42,359 bases of DNA. Source: Candidatus Methylomirabilia bacterium (lineage in GTDB: Bacteria > Methylomirabilota > Methylomirabilia > Rokubacteriales > CSP1-6). Location of the stretch: contig JBGQEL010000030.1 in the NCBI GenBank assembly GCA_041496385.1, forward strand, positions 1 to 42,359. The letters are read 5' to 3'. The notes under the pieces were generated by a model. It had not been told where the DNA came from, ran no database searches, and was given only the letters and a program-made list of their open reading frames with translations. A program made the translations under genes and the position numbers. Position 1 is the stretch's first letter; every line of letters starts with the position of its first letter. This document shows, one piece after another, positions 25,897 through 36,033 of this stretch.

Positions 25897-27579
25897 CTAC
25901 CGCGCTTCGCCCTTCTCGATCTTCGCCCACGTATCGCGTAGCCCCACGGTCCGGTTGAACACCGGGCGCGGCGGCGCGGACTCGCGCGAGTCGACGCAGA
26001 AGTAGCCCTGCCGCTCGAACTGGAAGTGCTCGCCGGGCTTGACGCCGGCCAGCGCGGGCTCGAGGCGGGCGTTCTTCAGCAGCTCGAGCGATTTGGGATT
26101 GAGCACGCTCCGCCAGTCGTCCGCCTCGTCGGGCTTGGGCACGGTGAAGAGGTTCTCGTAGAGGCGCACCTGCGCGGGGAGCGAGTGGGAGGCCGAGACC
26201 CAGTGGACGGTCCCCTTCACCTTCCTCCCCCGAGAGTCGCCGCCGCGGCTCTCGGGGTCGTACGTGCAGCGCACCTCGACCGCGTTGCCCTGTGAGTCGC
26301 GCGTGACGCCCGTGCACTTGATGATGTAGGCGTAGCGCAGGCGCACCTCGACGCCCGGGGACAGCCGGAAATACTTGGGCGGCGGCGGGTCCTTGAAGTC
26401 CTCCTCCTCGATGTAGAGCATGCGGCTGAAGGGCACGCCCCGGGTGCCGGCCGTCGGGTCCTCGGGGTTGTTGACAGCGTCGAGGATTTCCACCTTGCCC
26501 TCGGGGAAGTTCTCGATGACCAGCTTGAGCGGCCGGAGCACGGCCATGCGCCGCTGGGCGCGCTTGTTCAGATCCTCGCGCAGGCAGTGCTCGAGGTGCG
26601 CGAGGTCCACGAGGTTCTCGGCCTTGGCGACGCCGATGCGCTCGCAGAAATCGCGGATGGCCTCGGGCGTGTACCCCCGTCGGCGCAGGCCCGCGAGGGT
26701 CGGCATGCGCGGGTCGTCCCAGCCGGAGACCAGCTCCTGCTGGACCAGCTCGAGCAGCTTGCGCTTGCTCATGACGGTGTGCGACAGGTTCAGGCGCGCG
26801 AACTCGATCTGCTGCGGGTGATGCACGCCGAGCTGGTCGAGATACCAGTCGTAGAGCGGCCGGTGGTCCTCGTATTCCAGCGAGCAGAGGGAGTGCGTCA
26901 CGCCCTCGATCGAGTCCGACTCGCCGTGCGCCCAGTCGTACATGGGGTAGATGCACCAGGTGTCGCCGGTGCGCTGGTGCGTGGCCTTGCGGATCCGGTA
27001 CATCACCGGATCGCGCAGGTTGATGTTGGGCGAGGCCATGTCGATCTTCGCGCGCAACGTCTTGGAGCCGTCCTCGAACTCCCCACGCCGCATGCGGTCG
27101 AAGAGGTCGAGGTTCTCCTCCACGCTGCGGTCGCGGTAGGGGCTCGGGCGCCCACCTTCCGTCAGCGTGCCGCGCAGCTCGCGCATCTCGTCGGCCGTGG
27201 AATCGTCCACGTAGGCCTTGCCCGCCCGGATGAGCTGCAGCGCCCATTCATAGAGCCGCGGGAAGTGGTCGCTCGCGTGGTGGAGGTGCGTGCCCCAGTC
27301 GAAGCCGAGCCAGCGGACGTCCGCCATGATGGCGTCCACGTACTCCTGGCTCTCCTTCGTGGGGTTCGTGTCGTCGAAGCGCAGGTTGCAGTGGCCGCCG
27401 AACTCCTGGGCCATGCCGAAGTCGATGCAGATCGCCTTGGCGTGGCCGATGTGCAGATAGCCGTTCGGCTCGGGCGGAAAGCGCGTGACCACCTTGCCGC
27501 CAAAGCGCCCGCTCGTGTTGTGCTCCAGGATGATGTCGCGGATGAAGTTCGACGGCTTGTCTTTGGGCTCCTCGCTCAT
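25897..27579 (-). CDS. glnS: Glutamine--tRNA ligase
   Basis: '[19 protein letters not shown]', 'MSKRKL', 'WDDPRMPT', 'FQFERQGYF'. Confidence 0.97.
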   Translation of the reverse strand: MSEEPKDKPSNFIRDIILEHNTSGRFGGKVVTRFPPEPNGYLHIGHAKAICIDFGMAQEFGGHCNLRFDDTNPTKESQEYVDAIMADVRWLGFDWGTHLHHASDHFPRLYEWALQLIRAGKAYVDDSTADEMRELRGTLTEGGRPSPYRDRSVEENLDLFDRMRRGEFEDGSKTLRAKIDMASPNINLRDPVMYRIRKATHQRTGDTWCIYPMYDWAHGESDSIEGVTHSLCSLEYEDHRPLYDWYLDQLGVHHPQQIEFARLNLSHTVMSKRKLLELVQQELVSGWDDPRMPTLAGLRRRGYTPEAIRDFCERIGVAKAENLVDLAHLEHCLREDLNKRAQRRMAVLRPLKLVIENFPEGKVEILDAVNNPEDPTAGTRGVPFSRMLYIEEEDFKDPPPPKYFRLSPGVEVRLRYAYIIKCTGVTRDSQGNAVEVRCTYDPESRGGDSRGRKVKGTVHWVSASHSLPAQVRLYENLFTVPKPDEADDWRSVLNPKSLELLKNARLEPALAGVKPGEHFQFERQGYFCVDSRESAPPRPVFNRTVGLRDTWAKIEKGEAR

Positions 27580-27637
27580 GGCCCAAATCCTACCATCCAG
27601 ACGCGGAGTTGCCGAGAGCCGTATCCTCCCGTCGACA

Positions 27638-27667
27638 TTGACCGCCGCAAGTCGCGGCCCGTAGACT
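27638..27667 (+). promoter_or_regulatory. Putative promoter of the Uma2 pseudogene
   Basis: TTGACC-N18-TAGACT upstream of GGAGG RBS. Confidence 0.5.
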
Positions 27668-27703
27668 CTCGTCGAGGCCTGAAGATCCCGGCCCGTGGAG
27701 GCG

Positions 27704-28058
27704 ATGCCGATGTCCCGTCTGGAACGAGCCGCTCAGACGGTTCGCGCGGCTCGGATGACGCGCCTGGAGTATGACGCGCTCATCGAGCGGGGCGTCCTCG
27801 ACACAAACGACCCTATCGAGCTGCTCGAGGGCCGCCTGTTCTTCCGCGGCGAGCACCGTGGCACCCGGCACGAGGCGGCCTCGATCCGCATTCGCCTCGC
27901 GCTCGACCGCGTGTTCCGCGGGAGCTACCTGGTGCGAAGCGGATATGTTCTCGGCCTCAGCGATCTGGTGGAGTCTCGATCGCCGGGGGGCCCGCGCCGT
28001 CGTCTCCCCGAGCGCCGCGCCCCGCGCCCGCATCCGCGTCGCCGACCTCCTACCCTAG
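27704..28058 (+). pseudogene. Uma2 family endonuclease, internally deleted and frameshifted
   Basis: N-part 'TRLEYDALIERGVLDTNDPIELLEGRL...RH'; typical C-terminus 'VSPSAAPRARIRVADLLP*' in another frame; PD-(D/E)xK core absent; junction ~27975. Confidence 0.78.
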
Positions 28059-28070
28059 GATTGGGGCGCC

Positions 28071-28655
28071 TCACCGCAGCTTGAGCGACACCTCCTCGCC
28101 GTTGCCGATCGGGAGCGTCACCGAAAACAAATCCGGGTGCGACTTGACGCGCGCGAGGTAGTCCCGCAGTTCCTCGGCGTGCGACGTCACATTGTCCGCG
28201 ACGAGCAGGCCGCCGGCGACCAGCCTGGGCAGCGCCAGCTCGACGTAGCGCAGATAGTTCGGCCGATCCGCGTCCAGGAACACCAGATCGAACGGGCCGG
28301 GCAACCGGGCGAGGGTCTCGGCCGCGCTGCCCTCCAGAATGTGCACCTGGCCCTCGAGGCCCGCCCGGGCGACGTTCGCGCGGGCCAGCCGGATCTTGTC
28401 GGGGTTGGCTTCGAGAGAGGTGACGCGCCCGCCGAGCGCCCGGACGGCGTCGGCCAGCCAGATGGTCGAGTAGCCGTTGGAGGTCCCCACCTCGAGGATC
28501 CGCTTGGCCCGCGCGGCCTGGACCATGATCCACAGGAGCCGCCCCGTGTCTGGCGTGATGTTGAGCATCCGCTTGGGGCGTTCGGTCTCGCGGCTGTCGT
28601 TCTCGCTCCCGAAGCGGGCCAGCTCGTCCAGGAGCGCGGTCAGCGCGTCGTCCAT
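28071..28655 (-). CDS. O-methyltransferase (YrrM/COMT-like)
   Basis: 'RILEVGTSNGYSTIW', 'FDLVFLDAD', 'GGLLVADN'; GGGAGG RBS before ATG 28655. Confidence 0.9.
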   Translation of the reverse strand: MDDALTALLDELARFGSENDSRETERPKRMLNITPDTGRLLWIMVQAARAKRILEVGTSNGYSTIWLADAVRALGGRVTSLEANPDKIRLARANVARAGLEGQVHILEGSAAETLARLPGPFDLVFLDADRPNYLRYVELALPRLVAGGLLVADNVTSHAEELRDYLARVKSHPDLFSVTLPIGNGEEVSLKLR

Positions 28656-28754
28656 GGGGTTCGTCCTCCCGCAGGCATGCTCGGCCCCGCGCGCCGATGT
28701 TGCAAATGAATTCGCACTTGCGCAGCCGCCGCCTCCGGCTAACATGCTCGGCCT

Positions 28755-29783
28755 ATGAACCTCAAGCCGATCGCCGCGCTGCTGCTCCTGTTCGCCTGGG
28801 CCGCGCCCGCTCTAGCCTTCGAGGGGGAGAAGCCGCTCTACGAGGCGGCCAAGAAGGAAAAGGCGCTCACCTGGTACACCGCGCACTACAACTCGGAAAC
28901 GGCGGCCGCGGTCTGCAACGGCTTCGAGAAGAAGTACCCCGGGATCAAGTGCGACTACATCCGCACGACGGCCCAGGTCGCCTACCAGCGCCTGGCGCAG
29001 GACCAGAAGGCCGGGCTCGCGATGGCGTCGGTGATCAGCTCCACGGACGCCAGCCACTACGGCAAGATGAAGCAGGACGGCTGGCTCCAGCCCTACCGGC
29101 CGAAGAACCTGAGCGAGCTGATCGACGCCTTCAAGTCGTTCAACGACCCCGACGGCATGTACGTGGCCACCGCCGCGGGCCTCGTCCTGATCACGTACAA
29201 CACCTCGGTCGTGTCGGCCGCGAACGCGCCCAAGAAGTGGACGGACCTGGCCGATCCGAAGTGGAAGGACAAGGTTTCCATCGGCCACCCGGGCTTCAGC
29301 GGCTACGTGGGGACGTGGGTCGTCCAGATGCGGAAGCTTTACGGCTGGGAGTACTTCAAGAAGCTCGAGCTGAACCGGCCGCGCATCGGCCGGTCCATCA
29401 ACGACACGGTGACGATGCTGAACGCCAAGGAGAGCTGGGTCGCCGCCGGCCCGTCCGCGACGACGCTCGAGAGCATCGACAAGGGCAACCCGCTCGCGCT
29501 CGTCTACCCGGAGGACGGCGCCATCCTCATGGTCTCCCCAACCGGCATCCTCAAGAACGCGCCCGCGCCCAACGCCGCCCGGCTCTTCGTCGAGTACCTG
29601 CTGAGTCGTGAGTGTAACGAGGTCGTGGTGAAGATGCGCCAGGACTCGGTGAACAAGCACGTCAAGGCCCTGCCGGGCGCCAGGTCGATCGCGGACGTGA
29701 AGACGATCCGCCCGACCTACGAGGAGATCGAGAAGGGCATCCCCGAGGTGAAGGAGCAGTTCCGGGACACGTTCGGGATCTGA
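28755..29783 (+). CDS. ABC substrate-binding protein, AfuA/Fe(III)/polyamine-like family
   Basis: Signal peptide; 'LYEAAKKE..LTWYT', 'PKKWTDLADPKWK', 'PNAARLFVEYLLS'. Confidence 0.88.
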   Translation: MNLKPIAALLLLFAWAAPALAFEGEKPLYEAAKKEKALTWYTAHYNSETAAAVCNGFEKKYPGIKCDYIRTTAQVAYQRLAQDQKAGLAMASVISSTDASHYGKMKQDGWLQPYRPKNLSELIDAFKSFNDPDGMYVATAAGLVLITYNTSVVSAANAPKKWTDLADPKWKDKVSIGHPGFSGYVGTWVVQMRKLYGWEYFKKLELNRPRIGRSINDTVTMLNAKESWVAAGPSATTLESIDKGNPLALVYPEDGAILMVSPTGILKNAPAPNAARLFVEYLLSRECNEVVVKMRQDSVNKHVKALPGARSIADVKTIRPTYEEIEKGIPEVKEQFRDTFGI

Positions 29784-29785
29784 GC

Positions 29786-31477
29786 GTGGTGCGCTGGCGC
29801 CACCTCGACCGCTCGCTCGTCGTGTGGCTCCTGTTCGTCGCCGTGCTGCTCCTGCTGGTCGTCAATCCGCTGGCGCGGCTCGTCTGGTCGAGCTTCCAGA
29901 ACGGCGAGACCGGCGCCTTCACCCTCGCCAACTACGCCACGGCCTACGGCCGCTGGCGCTATGTCGAGGCGCTCGTCAACTCGCTTGTTGTCGGCCTCGC
30001 GGTCGCGGCGCTCTGCGCGGTGTTCGGCGTGCCGATGGCGTGGGCGGTGTCCCGCACGGACATGCCCGGCAAGGGGCTCGTGTGGGCGGCGATCCTCGGC
30101 ACGTTCATCGTGCCCTCCTACCTGGGCGCGGTCGCCTGGATCCTCTTGGCGGGCCCGAACGCCGGCTGGCTGAACCGCGTCTTCACGGCGCTCACCGGCG
30201 CGAGCGCGGGCCCGTTCAACATCTACACGAAATCCGGGCTCGTGCTCGTCATCGCCTGCTACTCCTTCCCGTACATGTTCGTCTTCACGCGCGGCGCGCT
30301 CGATCTGATCTCGTCGGAAATGGAAGACGCGGCCACCACGCTCGGCGCCGGCGTCGTGCGCACCACGCTGCGCGTGACGCTGCCGCTCACGCTCCCGGCC
30401 ATGCTCGCGGCGGCGATCGTCTCGTTCCTCGAGGCGATCGCGCTCTTCGGCGTCCCCGCGCTCATCGCGCTGCCGGGCCGCTTCCAGCTCGTGACCACGA
30501 CGCTCTGGCAGTTCTTCGAGTTTCCGCCACGGGTGCAGGTGGCGGCCGCCTACTCGATGCCCCTGCTCGGCATCACCGCGCTCCTGTTCTGGCTCCAGCA
30601 GCGGATCATCGCGCGGAAGGGCTACGTGGCGCTCACCGGCAAGGGCGGCGAGCGGCGGCTCGTGCGGCTGGGCGCCTGGCGCTGGGCCATGCTCGCCTAC
30701 TGCCTCTTCGTCACGTCGCTCTCGTTCTTCCTGCCGATGGTGGTCGTGCTCCAGGCGGCCTTCGCCCGGGCCTGGGGCCGTGGCTTCTCGCTCGACAACC
30801 TGACGCTCGGCAACCTCCGCTTCGTCCTTGTCGATCAGCCGATGACGCGCGCCGCGACGCTCCACACGTTCGTCTACGGCGGCGTCTCCGCCGCGCTCGC
30901 GCTCGGCCTTGCGCTGGCGATCGCCTACATCGTCCACCGGCGCCTGGTGCCGTTCGGCCGCGCGCTCTCCTACGTGGCCATGGCGCCCTTCGTCATCCCG
31001 GGCATCGTCCTGGCGATCGGGTTCTACGCCGCCTACACCTCGCCGCCCCTCGTCCTCTACGGCACGGCATGGATCCTGATCCTCGCCTTCACGACGCGAT
31101 TCCTGCCGATCGCGTACGCGAACAGCGACGCGGCGCTGCGCGCGATCAACCCCGAGCTGGAGGACGCTGTCCGGATCCTCGGGGGCAGCCGGCTCCTGGC
31201 GCTCCGCCGCGTCGTCGGCCCGCTCCTCAAGCGCGGCCTGGCGGGCGCGTTCCTGCTGGTCTTCATCCCGGCCACGCGCGAGCTCAGCTCGGCGATCTTC
31301 CTCTACACGACCGGGACCCAGGTGCTCTCCGTGCTCCTCTTCGACAAGAGCGACGAGGGGAACTTCGAGTATCTTTCGGCGATCGGGCTCATCCTCGTGG
31401 TCGGCACGGTCGCGCTCGTGCTGGCGGGCTTCCGTCTGGTCGGGCGTGACTTCATGCTGAAGCGCACGGCGGCGTGA
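29786..31477 (+). CDS. ABC permease, FbpB-like (two fused TM domains)
   Basis: Two EAA-type loops ('EMEDAATTLGA', 'ELEDAVRILGG'); 563 aa, hydrophobic. Confidence 0.9.
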   Translation: MVRWRHLDRSLVVWLLFVAVLLLLVVNPLARLVWSSFQNGETGAFTLANYATAYGRWRYVEALVNSLVVGLAVAALCAVFGVPMAWAVSRTDMPGKGLVWAAILGTFIVPSYLGAVAWILLAGPNAGWLNRVFTALTGASAGPFNIYTKSGLVLVIACYSFPYMFVFTRGALDLISSEMEDAATTLGAGVVRTTLRVTLPLTLPAMLAAAIVSFLEAIALFGVPALIALPGRFQLVTTTLWQFFEFPPRVQVAAAYSMPLLGITALLFWLQQRIIARKGYVALTGKGGERRLVRLGAWRWAMLAYCLFVTSLSFFLPMVVVLQAAFARAWGRGFSLDNLTLGNLRFVLVDQPMTRAATLHTFVYGGVSAALALGLALAIAYIVHRRLVPFGRALSYVAMAPFVIPGIVLAIGFYAAYTSPPLVLYGTAWILILAFTTRFLPIAYANSDAALRAINPELEDAVRILGGSRLLALRRVVGPLLKRGLAGAFLLVFIPATRELSSAIFLYTTGTQVLSVLLFDKSDEGNFEYLSAIGLILVVGTVALVLAGFRLVGRDFMLKRTAA

Positions 31478-32541
31478 GCAAGCTCGTCCTCAAGGGCGTC
31501 ACCTGCCGCTTCGGCAGCGTCACCGCGGTGGACGACGTGAACCTGGCCCTGGCGCAGGGCGAGTTCGTCTCGCTGCTCGGGCCCTCCGGCTGCGGCAAGA
31601 CGACGACGCTGCGGATGATCGCGGGCTTCCTCTCGCCGTCGGCGGGGACCATCGAGATGGACGGTGAGGTCATCTCCTCGCCCGCCTCCGCGTTGCCCCC
31701 CGAGAAGCGCGGCATGTCGATGATCTTCCAGAGCTACGCGATCTGGCCCAACATGACGGTCGCCGAGAACGTCGCGTTCGGCCTCGAGGTGCGCCGCCTC
31801 GCCCGGGCGGAGGTCCGCTCGAAGGTGGACCACATCCTCGACGTCGTGCAGCTGGCGCCCCTGCGCGACCGCTACCCGGCGGAGCTCTCCGGCGGCCAGC
31901 AGCAGCGCGTCGCGCTCGCGCGGGCCATCGTCGTGCAGCCGGCGGTGCTCCTGCTGGACGAGCCGCTCTCCAATCTGGACGCGAATCTTCGCGAGGAGAT
32001 GCGCTACGAGATCCGGCGCCTTCACGACGAGTTCCACATCACGACGGTCTACGTGACGCACGACCAGGCCGAGGCGATGGTCACCTCCGACCGCATCGCC
32101 GTGATGCACCAGGGACGGATCGAGCAGGTGGACGAGCCGCGCGCCCTCTACGCGCGGCCCCGCACGCGCTTCGTCGCCGGCTTCATCGGCCGCACGAACT
32201 TCCTCGAGGGCGAGGTGCGCGGCGCGGAGGTCGTCTTCGACCAGTTCACGATCGCGCTGGAGCGGTTCGCGGACGCGCGGGCGCTCGGCGGGCGCGTCGC
32301 CTTCTCGCTACGGCCGCAGAGCATCCACCTCCACCGCCAGCGCCCGGCCGTGTCGCGGGCCTGCGTCGTCGCCGGCCGGATCGTGCAGCGCGCCTACCTC
32401 GGCGAACACTGGGACTACGCCGTCCGTCCGCGGGACGGGTCGATCCGTCTCCGTGTGACCGCGCGCCCCCACGAGGTCTTCGAGGTGGACGAGGAAGTCT
32501 GGCTCGAGGTCGACGCCGGCCAGATGGCCGCGCTCCGCTAA
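31474..32541 (+). CDS. ABC ATP-binding protein, PotA/FbpC family with TOBE domain
   Basis: GPSGCGKTT, LSGGQQQRVALARA, LLDEPLSNLD, VTHDQAEA. Confidence 0.93.
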   Translation: MSKLVLKGVTCRFGSVTAVDDVNLALAQGEFVSLLGPSGCGKTTTLRMIAGFLSPSAGTIEMDGEVISSPASALPPEKRGMSMIFQSYAIWPNMTVAENVAFGLEVRRLARAEVRSKVDHILDVVQLAPLRDRYPAELSGGQQQRVALARAIVVQPAVLLLDEPLSNLDANLREEMRYEIRRLHDEFHITTVYVTHDQAEAMVTSDRIAVMHQGRIEQVDEPRALYARPRTRFVAGFIGRTNFLEGEVRGAEVVFDQFTIALERFADARALGGRVAFSLRPQSIHLHRQRPAVSRACVVAGRIVQRAYLGEHWDYAVRPRDGSIRLRVTARPHEVFEVDEEVWLEVDAGQMAALR

Positions 32542-32547
32542 GAGCGC

Positions 32548-32576
32548 TTGTCATGGCGTGGTGTTCGATCTAGGGT
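32548..32576 (+). promoter_or_regulatory. Putative promoter of the peptide ABC operon
   Basis: TTGTCA-N17-TAGGGT upstream of GAGGAG RBS. Confidence 0.45.
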
Positions 32577-32613
32577 CATGGAGTCCGACACCGACTGAAA
32601 ACGAGGAGCCGTC

Positions 32614-34179
32614 ATGAAGATATCGCTCGGAATCGTCGCCGCGTTGCTGTCCATCACCCTGCCGGCGGGTTCGGCCGCCGCCCAGGCCAAGCCGGAGCTG
32701 ACCGTCGCGCTGTCGAGCTTCTCCACCGAGGTGCTCGACCCGGTGCTGGGCGGCCACATCGTCAAGTACTACCTCTCGCTGATGTTCGACTATCTGGTCG
32801 GCACGACGCCCGACGGCCAGTTGTCGAAGGACGGCGGGCTCGCCACGAAGTGGGAGCCCTCGCCGGACCACAAGCGCTGGACGTTCTATCTGCGCCGCGG
32901 CGTCAGATTCCATACTGGCGAGGAGGTCACCTCCGAGGACGTGAAGTTCAGCCTGCAGCGCGCCATCGGCAAGCGCTCCACGACGGGCTACGCCGGGCCG
33001 CTCCGCACGCTCATCCAGGACATCGAGACACCGGCGCCGGATCGCGTGGTGATCGTCACGCGGGAGTCGACGCTGATCATCCCGACCTACCTCTCGCGCT
33101 CGCTCTCCACGGAGGGTATGGTCCTGCCCAAGAAGTACATCGAGGCCAACGGCGACGACGTCTTCGCGCGCAAGCCCGTGGGCAGCGGGCCCTACAAGTT
33201 CGTCGAGCAGGTCACGGGATCCCATATCAAGCTGGCCGCGGTTGACAGCCACTGGCGCATCGGTGCGCCCAGGTACAAGACGGTCACCTTCAGGCTCGTG
33301 CCCGAGGAGACCACACGGATCGCGCTGCTGCGCCGCGGCGAGGTGGACATCGCCGACGTGAGCCGCGACCGCGTGGGGGAGCTCGAGCGTGAGGGCTTCC
33401 CGATCCACATGCGCAAGGAGGAGGCCATCCTCACGATGTGGTGGATCCTGCCGCGCGACAACCAGCCGACGAAGGACAAGCGGGTGCGCGAGGCGTTGAA
33501 CCTCGCCGTGGACCGCAACGAGATGGCGCAGTCCATCTTCGCCGGCAAGGCGGACCCCGCGTACGTCCCGATGGGGCTCTCCTGGTCGTATCGCGACTTC
33601 GGCTTCAAGGTGACGCCGGAGATGCAGTACGCGTACGACCCGGCGCGCGCCAGGAAGCTCCTGGCCGACGCCGGCTTCGCCGGCGGCTTCAGCCTGGACG
33701 TCTACGCCTACCAGCTCCCGGGGCTCCCCGAGGGCAAGGCCTTCGCCGAAGCCATGTCCGGCTACTGGCAGAAGATCGGCGTCAAGATCAAGCTGATCCC
33801 GGTGGATTATCCAGCCTTTCGCAAGAACTGGTTCGACCGGGCCACGCCGGGCGCGGTGGGCTACTACAACATCGCCAACCGCGACTGGATCGGCACCTAC
33901 GCGCTGATCGAGAAGATGGCCTACACCAAGTCGAAGGCGAGCGACGTGGTGAACGACGCCGAGATCGACGGCATGCTCGAGCAGGTTCTGCGCCAGACCG
34001 ACAAGGAGAAGATCGCCACGCTCATGCGCAACGTCTACACGCGGCTGCGCAGCGAACACTACGGCGTGCCGGTGGTCTATCTCCACTCGCCCTACGCGGC
34101 GTCCAAGAAGCTCGGGAAATGGACCATCGGCACGGTCATGTACGACTTCTTCCTCGACGAGCTGGCTTCGTCGAAGTAG
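32614..34179 (+). CDS. Peptide/nickel ABC substrate-binding protein (family 5)
   Basis: 'WTFYLRRGVRFHTGEEVTSEDVKFS', 'PVGSGPYKF', 'DKRVREALNLAVDR'. Confidence 0.93.
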   Translation: MKISLGIVAALLSITLPAGSAAAQAKPELTVALSSFSTEVLDPVLGGHIVKYYLSLMFDYLVGTTPDGQLSKDGGLATKWEPSPDHKRWTFYLRRGVRFHTGEEVTSEDVKFSLQRAIGKRSTTGYAGPLRTLIQDIETPAPDRVVIVTRESTLIIPTYLSRSLSTEGMVLPKKYIEANGDDVFARKPVGSGPYKFVEQVTGSHIKLAAVDSHWRIGAPRYKTVTFRLVPEETTRIALLRRGEVDIADVSRDRVGELEREGFPIHMRKEEAILTMWWILPRDNQPTKDKRVREALNLAVDRNEMAQSIFAGKADPAYVPMGLSWSYRDFGFKVTPEMQYAYDPARARKLLADAGFAGGFSLDVYAYQLPGLPEGKAFAEAMSGYWQKIGVKIKLIPVDYPAFRKNWFDRATPGAVGYYNIANRDWIGTYALIEKMAYTKSKASDVVNDAEIDGMLEQVLRQTDKEKIATLMRNVYTRLRSEHYGVPVVYLHSPYAASKKLGKWTIGTVMYDFFLDELASSK

Positions 34180-34200
34180 CGGCCCGGGGTACGGGCGCGG

Positions 34201-35121
34201 GTGATCCGCTTCGTCCTGGCGCGGCTGGCGCAATCGCTGGTGGCCCTGGCCATCCTGACGGTCGTCGTCTTCGTCCTGGCCCGGGCCACCGGCGATCCGC
34301 TCCAGCTCATCCTGCCGATGTCGGCGAGCGAGGAGGACTACGCCAACGCGCGCCAGTACCTCGGCCTGGACCGGCCCTACGTCGAGCAATACCTCTCGTT
34401 CGTGGGCAAGGCGCTCACGGGCGATTTCGGCACCTCGCTGCGCGCGCGCCGCCCCGTGGTCGAGCTGCTCCGCGACCGCCTGCCCAACTCGCTCAAGCTC
34501 GCCGCCTTCGCGATGACCGTGAGCCTGCTGCTGGCGTTCCCGCTCGGGGTGATCGCGGCGGTGCACAAGGGGACGGCGATCGACCGCGCCGCCCAGGTCG
34601 TCTCGGTGCTCGGCCAGTCGCTCCCGACGTTCTGGGTGGCCATCGTGCTGATCGAGGTCGTCGCGGGGCGGCTCCAGTGGCTGCCGGCCGCCGGCATCGA
34701 GGGCCCCGCCAGTTACGTCCTGCCCGGGTTCACGCTCGGCTGGTTCGTCGTCGCCGGGATGATGCGGCTCCTCCGCTCGGGCATGCTCGAGGTGCTGGAC
34801 TCCGAGTATGTCAAGCTGGCGCGTGTCAAGGGCGTGGCCGAGCGCCGCGTGATCTGGCTCCACGCGCTGAAGAACGCGCTCATCCCCGTCGTCACGTTCG
34901 CCGGTATCTATTTCTCCATCCTGGTCACGACCGCGATCGTGGTAGAGACGGTCTTCGCCTGGCCCGGCCTCGGGCGTCTCGCCTACGAGGCCATCACCTC
35001 GCGCGATTTCCCTGTCATCCAGGCCGTCGTCCTCACGACCGCGGCGGTCGTGGCCGTGGTGAACCTCTCGGTGGACTGCCTCTACGCGTTCATCGACCCG
35101 CGCATCCGCTATGCCGGCTGA
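34201..35121 (+). CDS. Peptide ABC permease (DppB/OppB-type)
   Basis: 'GLDRPYVEQY', 'YVKLARVKG', 'ETVFAWPGLG', 'IDPRIR'. Confidence 0.93.
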   Translation: MIRFVLARLAQSLVALAILTVVVFVLARATGDPLQLILPMSASEEDYANARQYLGLDRPYVEQYLSFVGKALTGDFGTSLRARRPVVELLRDRLPNSLKLAAFAMTVSLLLAFPLGVIAAVHKGTAIDRAAQVVSVLGQSLPTFWVAIVLIEVVAGRLQWLPAAGIEGPASYVLPGFTLGWFVVAGMMRLLRSGMLEVLDSEYVKLARVKGVAERRVIWLHALKNALIPVVTFAGIYFSILVTTAIVVETVFAWPGLGRLAYEAITSRDFPVIQAVVLTTAAVVAVVNLSVDCLYAFIDPRIRYAG

Positions 35122-36016
35122 GCCCCTGCCCCCCGGCACGCTCGCCGAGCCCTTTCTTGCGCTCGGCGCGGCCCCGGCCCTCGAGCGCCGCGGCCGGCGG
35201 CTGCCCGTCGTGTCGCTGGCGATCATCGGCGTCTTCGTGCTCCTGGCGGTCTTCGCGGGCACGCTGAGCCCGGCCGACCCCGAGGCGCAGTCACTCCGCA
35301 CGCGCTTCACCCCGCCGGTCTGGGACCAGCGCGGGTCCTGGACGCACGTCCTCGGGACGGATCGCCTGGGGCGCGACATGCTCGCGCGGATCATCTGGGG
35401 CGCGCGCGTCTCGCTGACCGCCGGCGTCCTCACCGTGCTGCTGGCGAGCGCCTTCGGCGCCGCCGTCGGGCTGGTCGCGGGCTACCACCGCGGGCGCGTG
35501 GACGCCGTGCTGATGCGCGCGACCGACGCCACGATGTCCTTCCCCGTGATCCTGCTCGCGCTGATCCTGGCCGTGACGGTGGGGCCGAGCTTCGCCAACG
35601 TGGTCATCGCGATCGCCGTGATCCTCTGGGCCCGCTACGCGCGCGTGATCCGCGGCCAGGTCCTGACGCTGATGGAGCTCGATTTCATCACGCAGGCGCG
35701 CATCGCCGGCGCCTCGGCCTGGCGGATCATCACCCGCCACCTCCTGCCCAACACGCTCAACACGCTCATGGTGCTGATCACGCTGCAGATCGGCTACGTG
35801 ATCATCGTCGAGGCCTCGCTCTCATTCCTGGGCGCCGGGATCCCGCCGCCCACGCCGGCGTGGGGCTCGATGATCGCCGAGGGGCGCGACTTCGTCACGA
35901 GCGCCTGGTGGGTGTCCTTCTTCCCCGGGCTCGCGATCCTGCTCGTCGTGCTCGCCTTCAACCTGCTCGGCGACTGGCTCCGCGACACGCTCGATCCGAA
36001 GCTGCGCCAGCTCTGA
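35111..36016 (+). CDS. Peptide ABC permease (DppC/OppC-type)
   Basis: 'LGTDRLGRDMLARIIWGARVSL', 'EASLSFLGAG', 'GDWLRDTLDP'. Confidence 0.93.
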   Translation: MPAEPLPPGTLAEPFLALGAAPALERRGRRLPVVSLAIIGVFVLLAVFAGTLSPADPEAQSLRTRFTPPVWDQRGSWTHVLGTDRLGRDMLARIIWGARVSLTAGVLTVLLASAFGAAVGLVAGYHRGRVDAVLMRATDATMSFPVILLALILAVTVGPSFANVVIAIAVILWARYARVIRGQVLTLMELDFITQARIAGASAWRIITRHLLPNTLNTLMVLITLQIGYVIIVEASLSFLGAGIPPPTPAWGSMIAEGRDFVTSAWWVSFFPGLAILLVVLAFNLLGDWLRDTLDPKLRQL

Positions 36017-36033
36017 GCCCGCGAGCCCCGGCC

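Noticed and set aside
32551..35433. 960-aa minus-strand ORF and similar long antisense ORFs (e.g. 12312..14420, 1985..3562)
   Set aside because: Lie opposite or off-frame to well-supported genes; low-complexity composition
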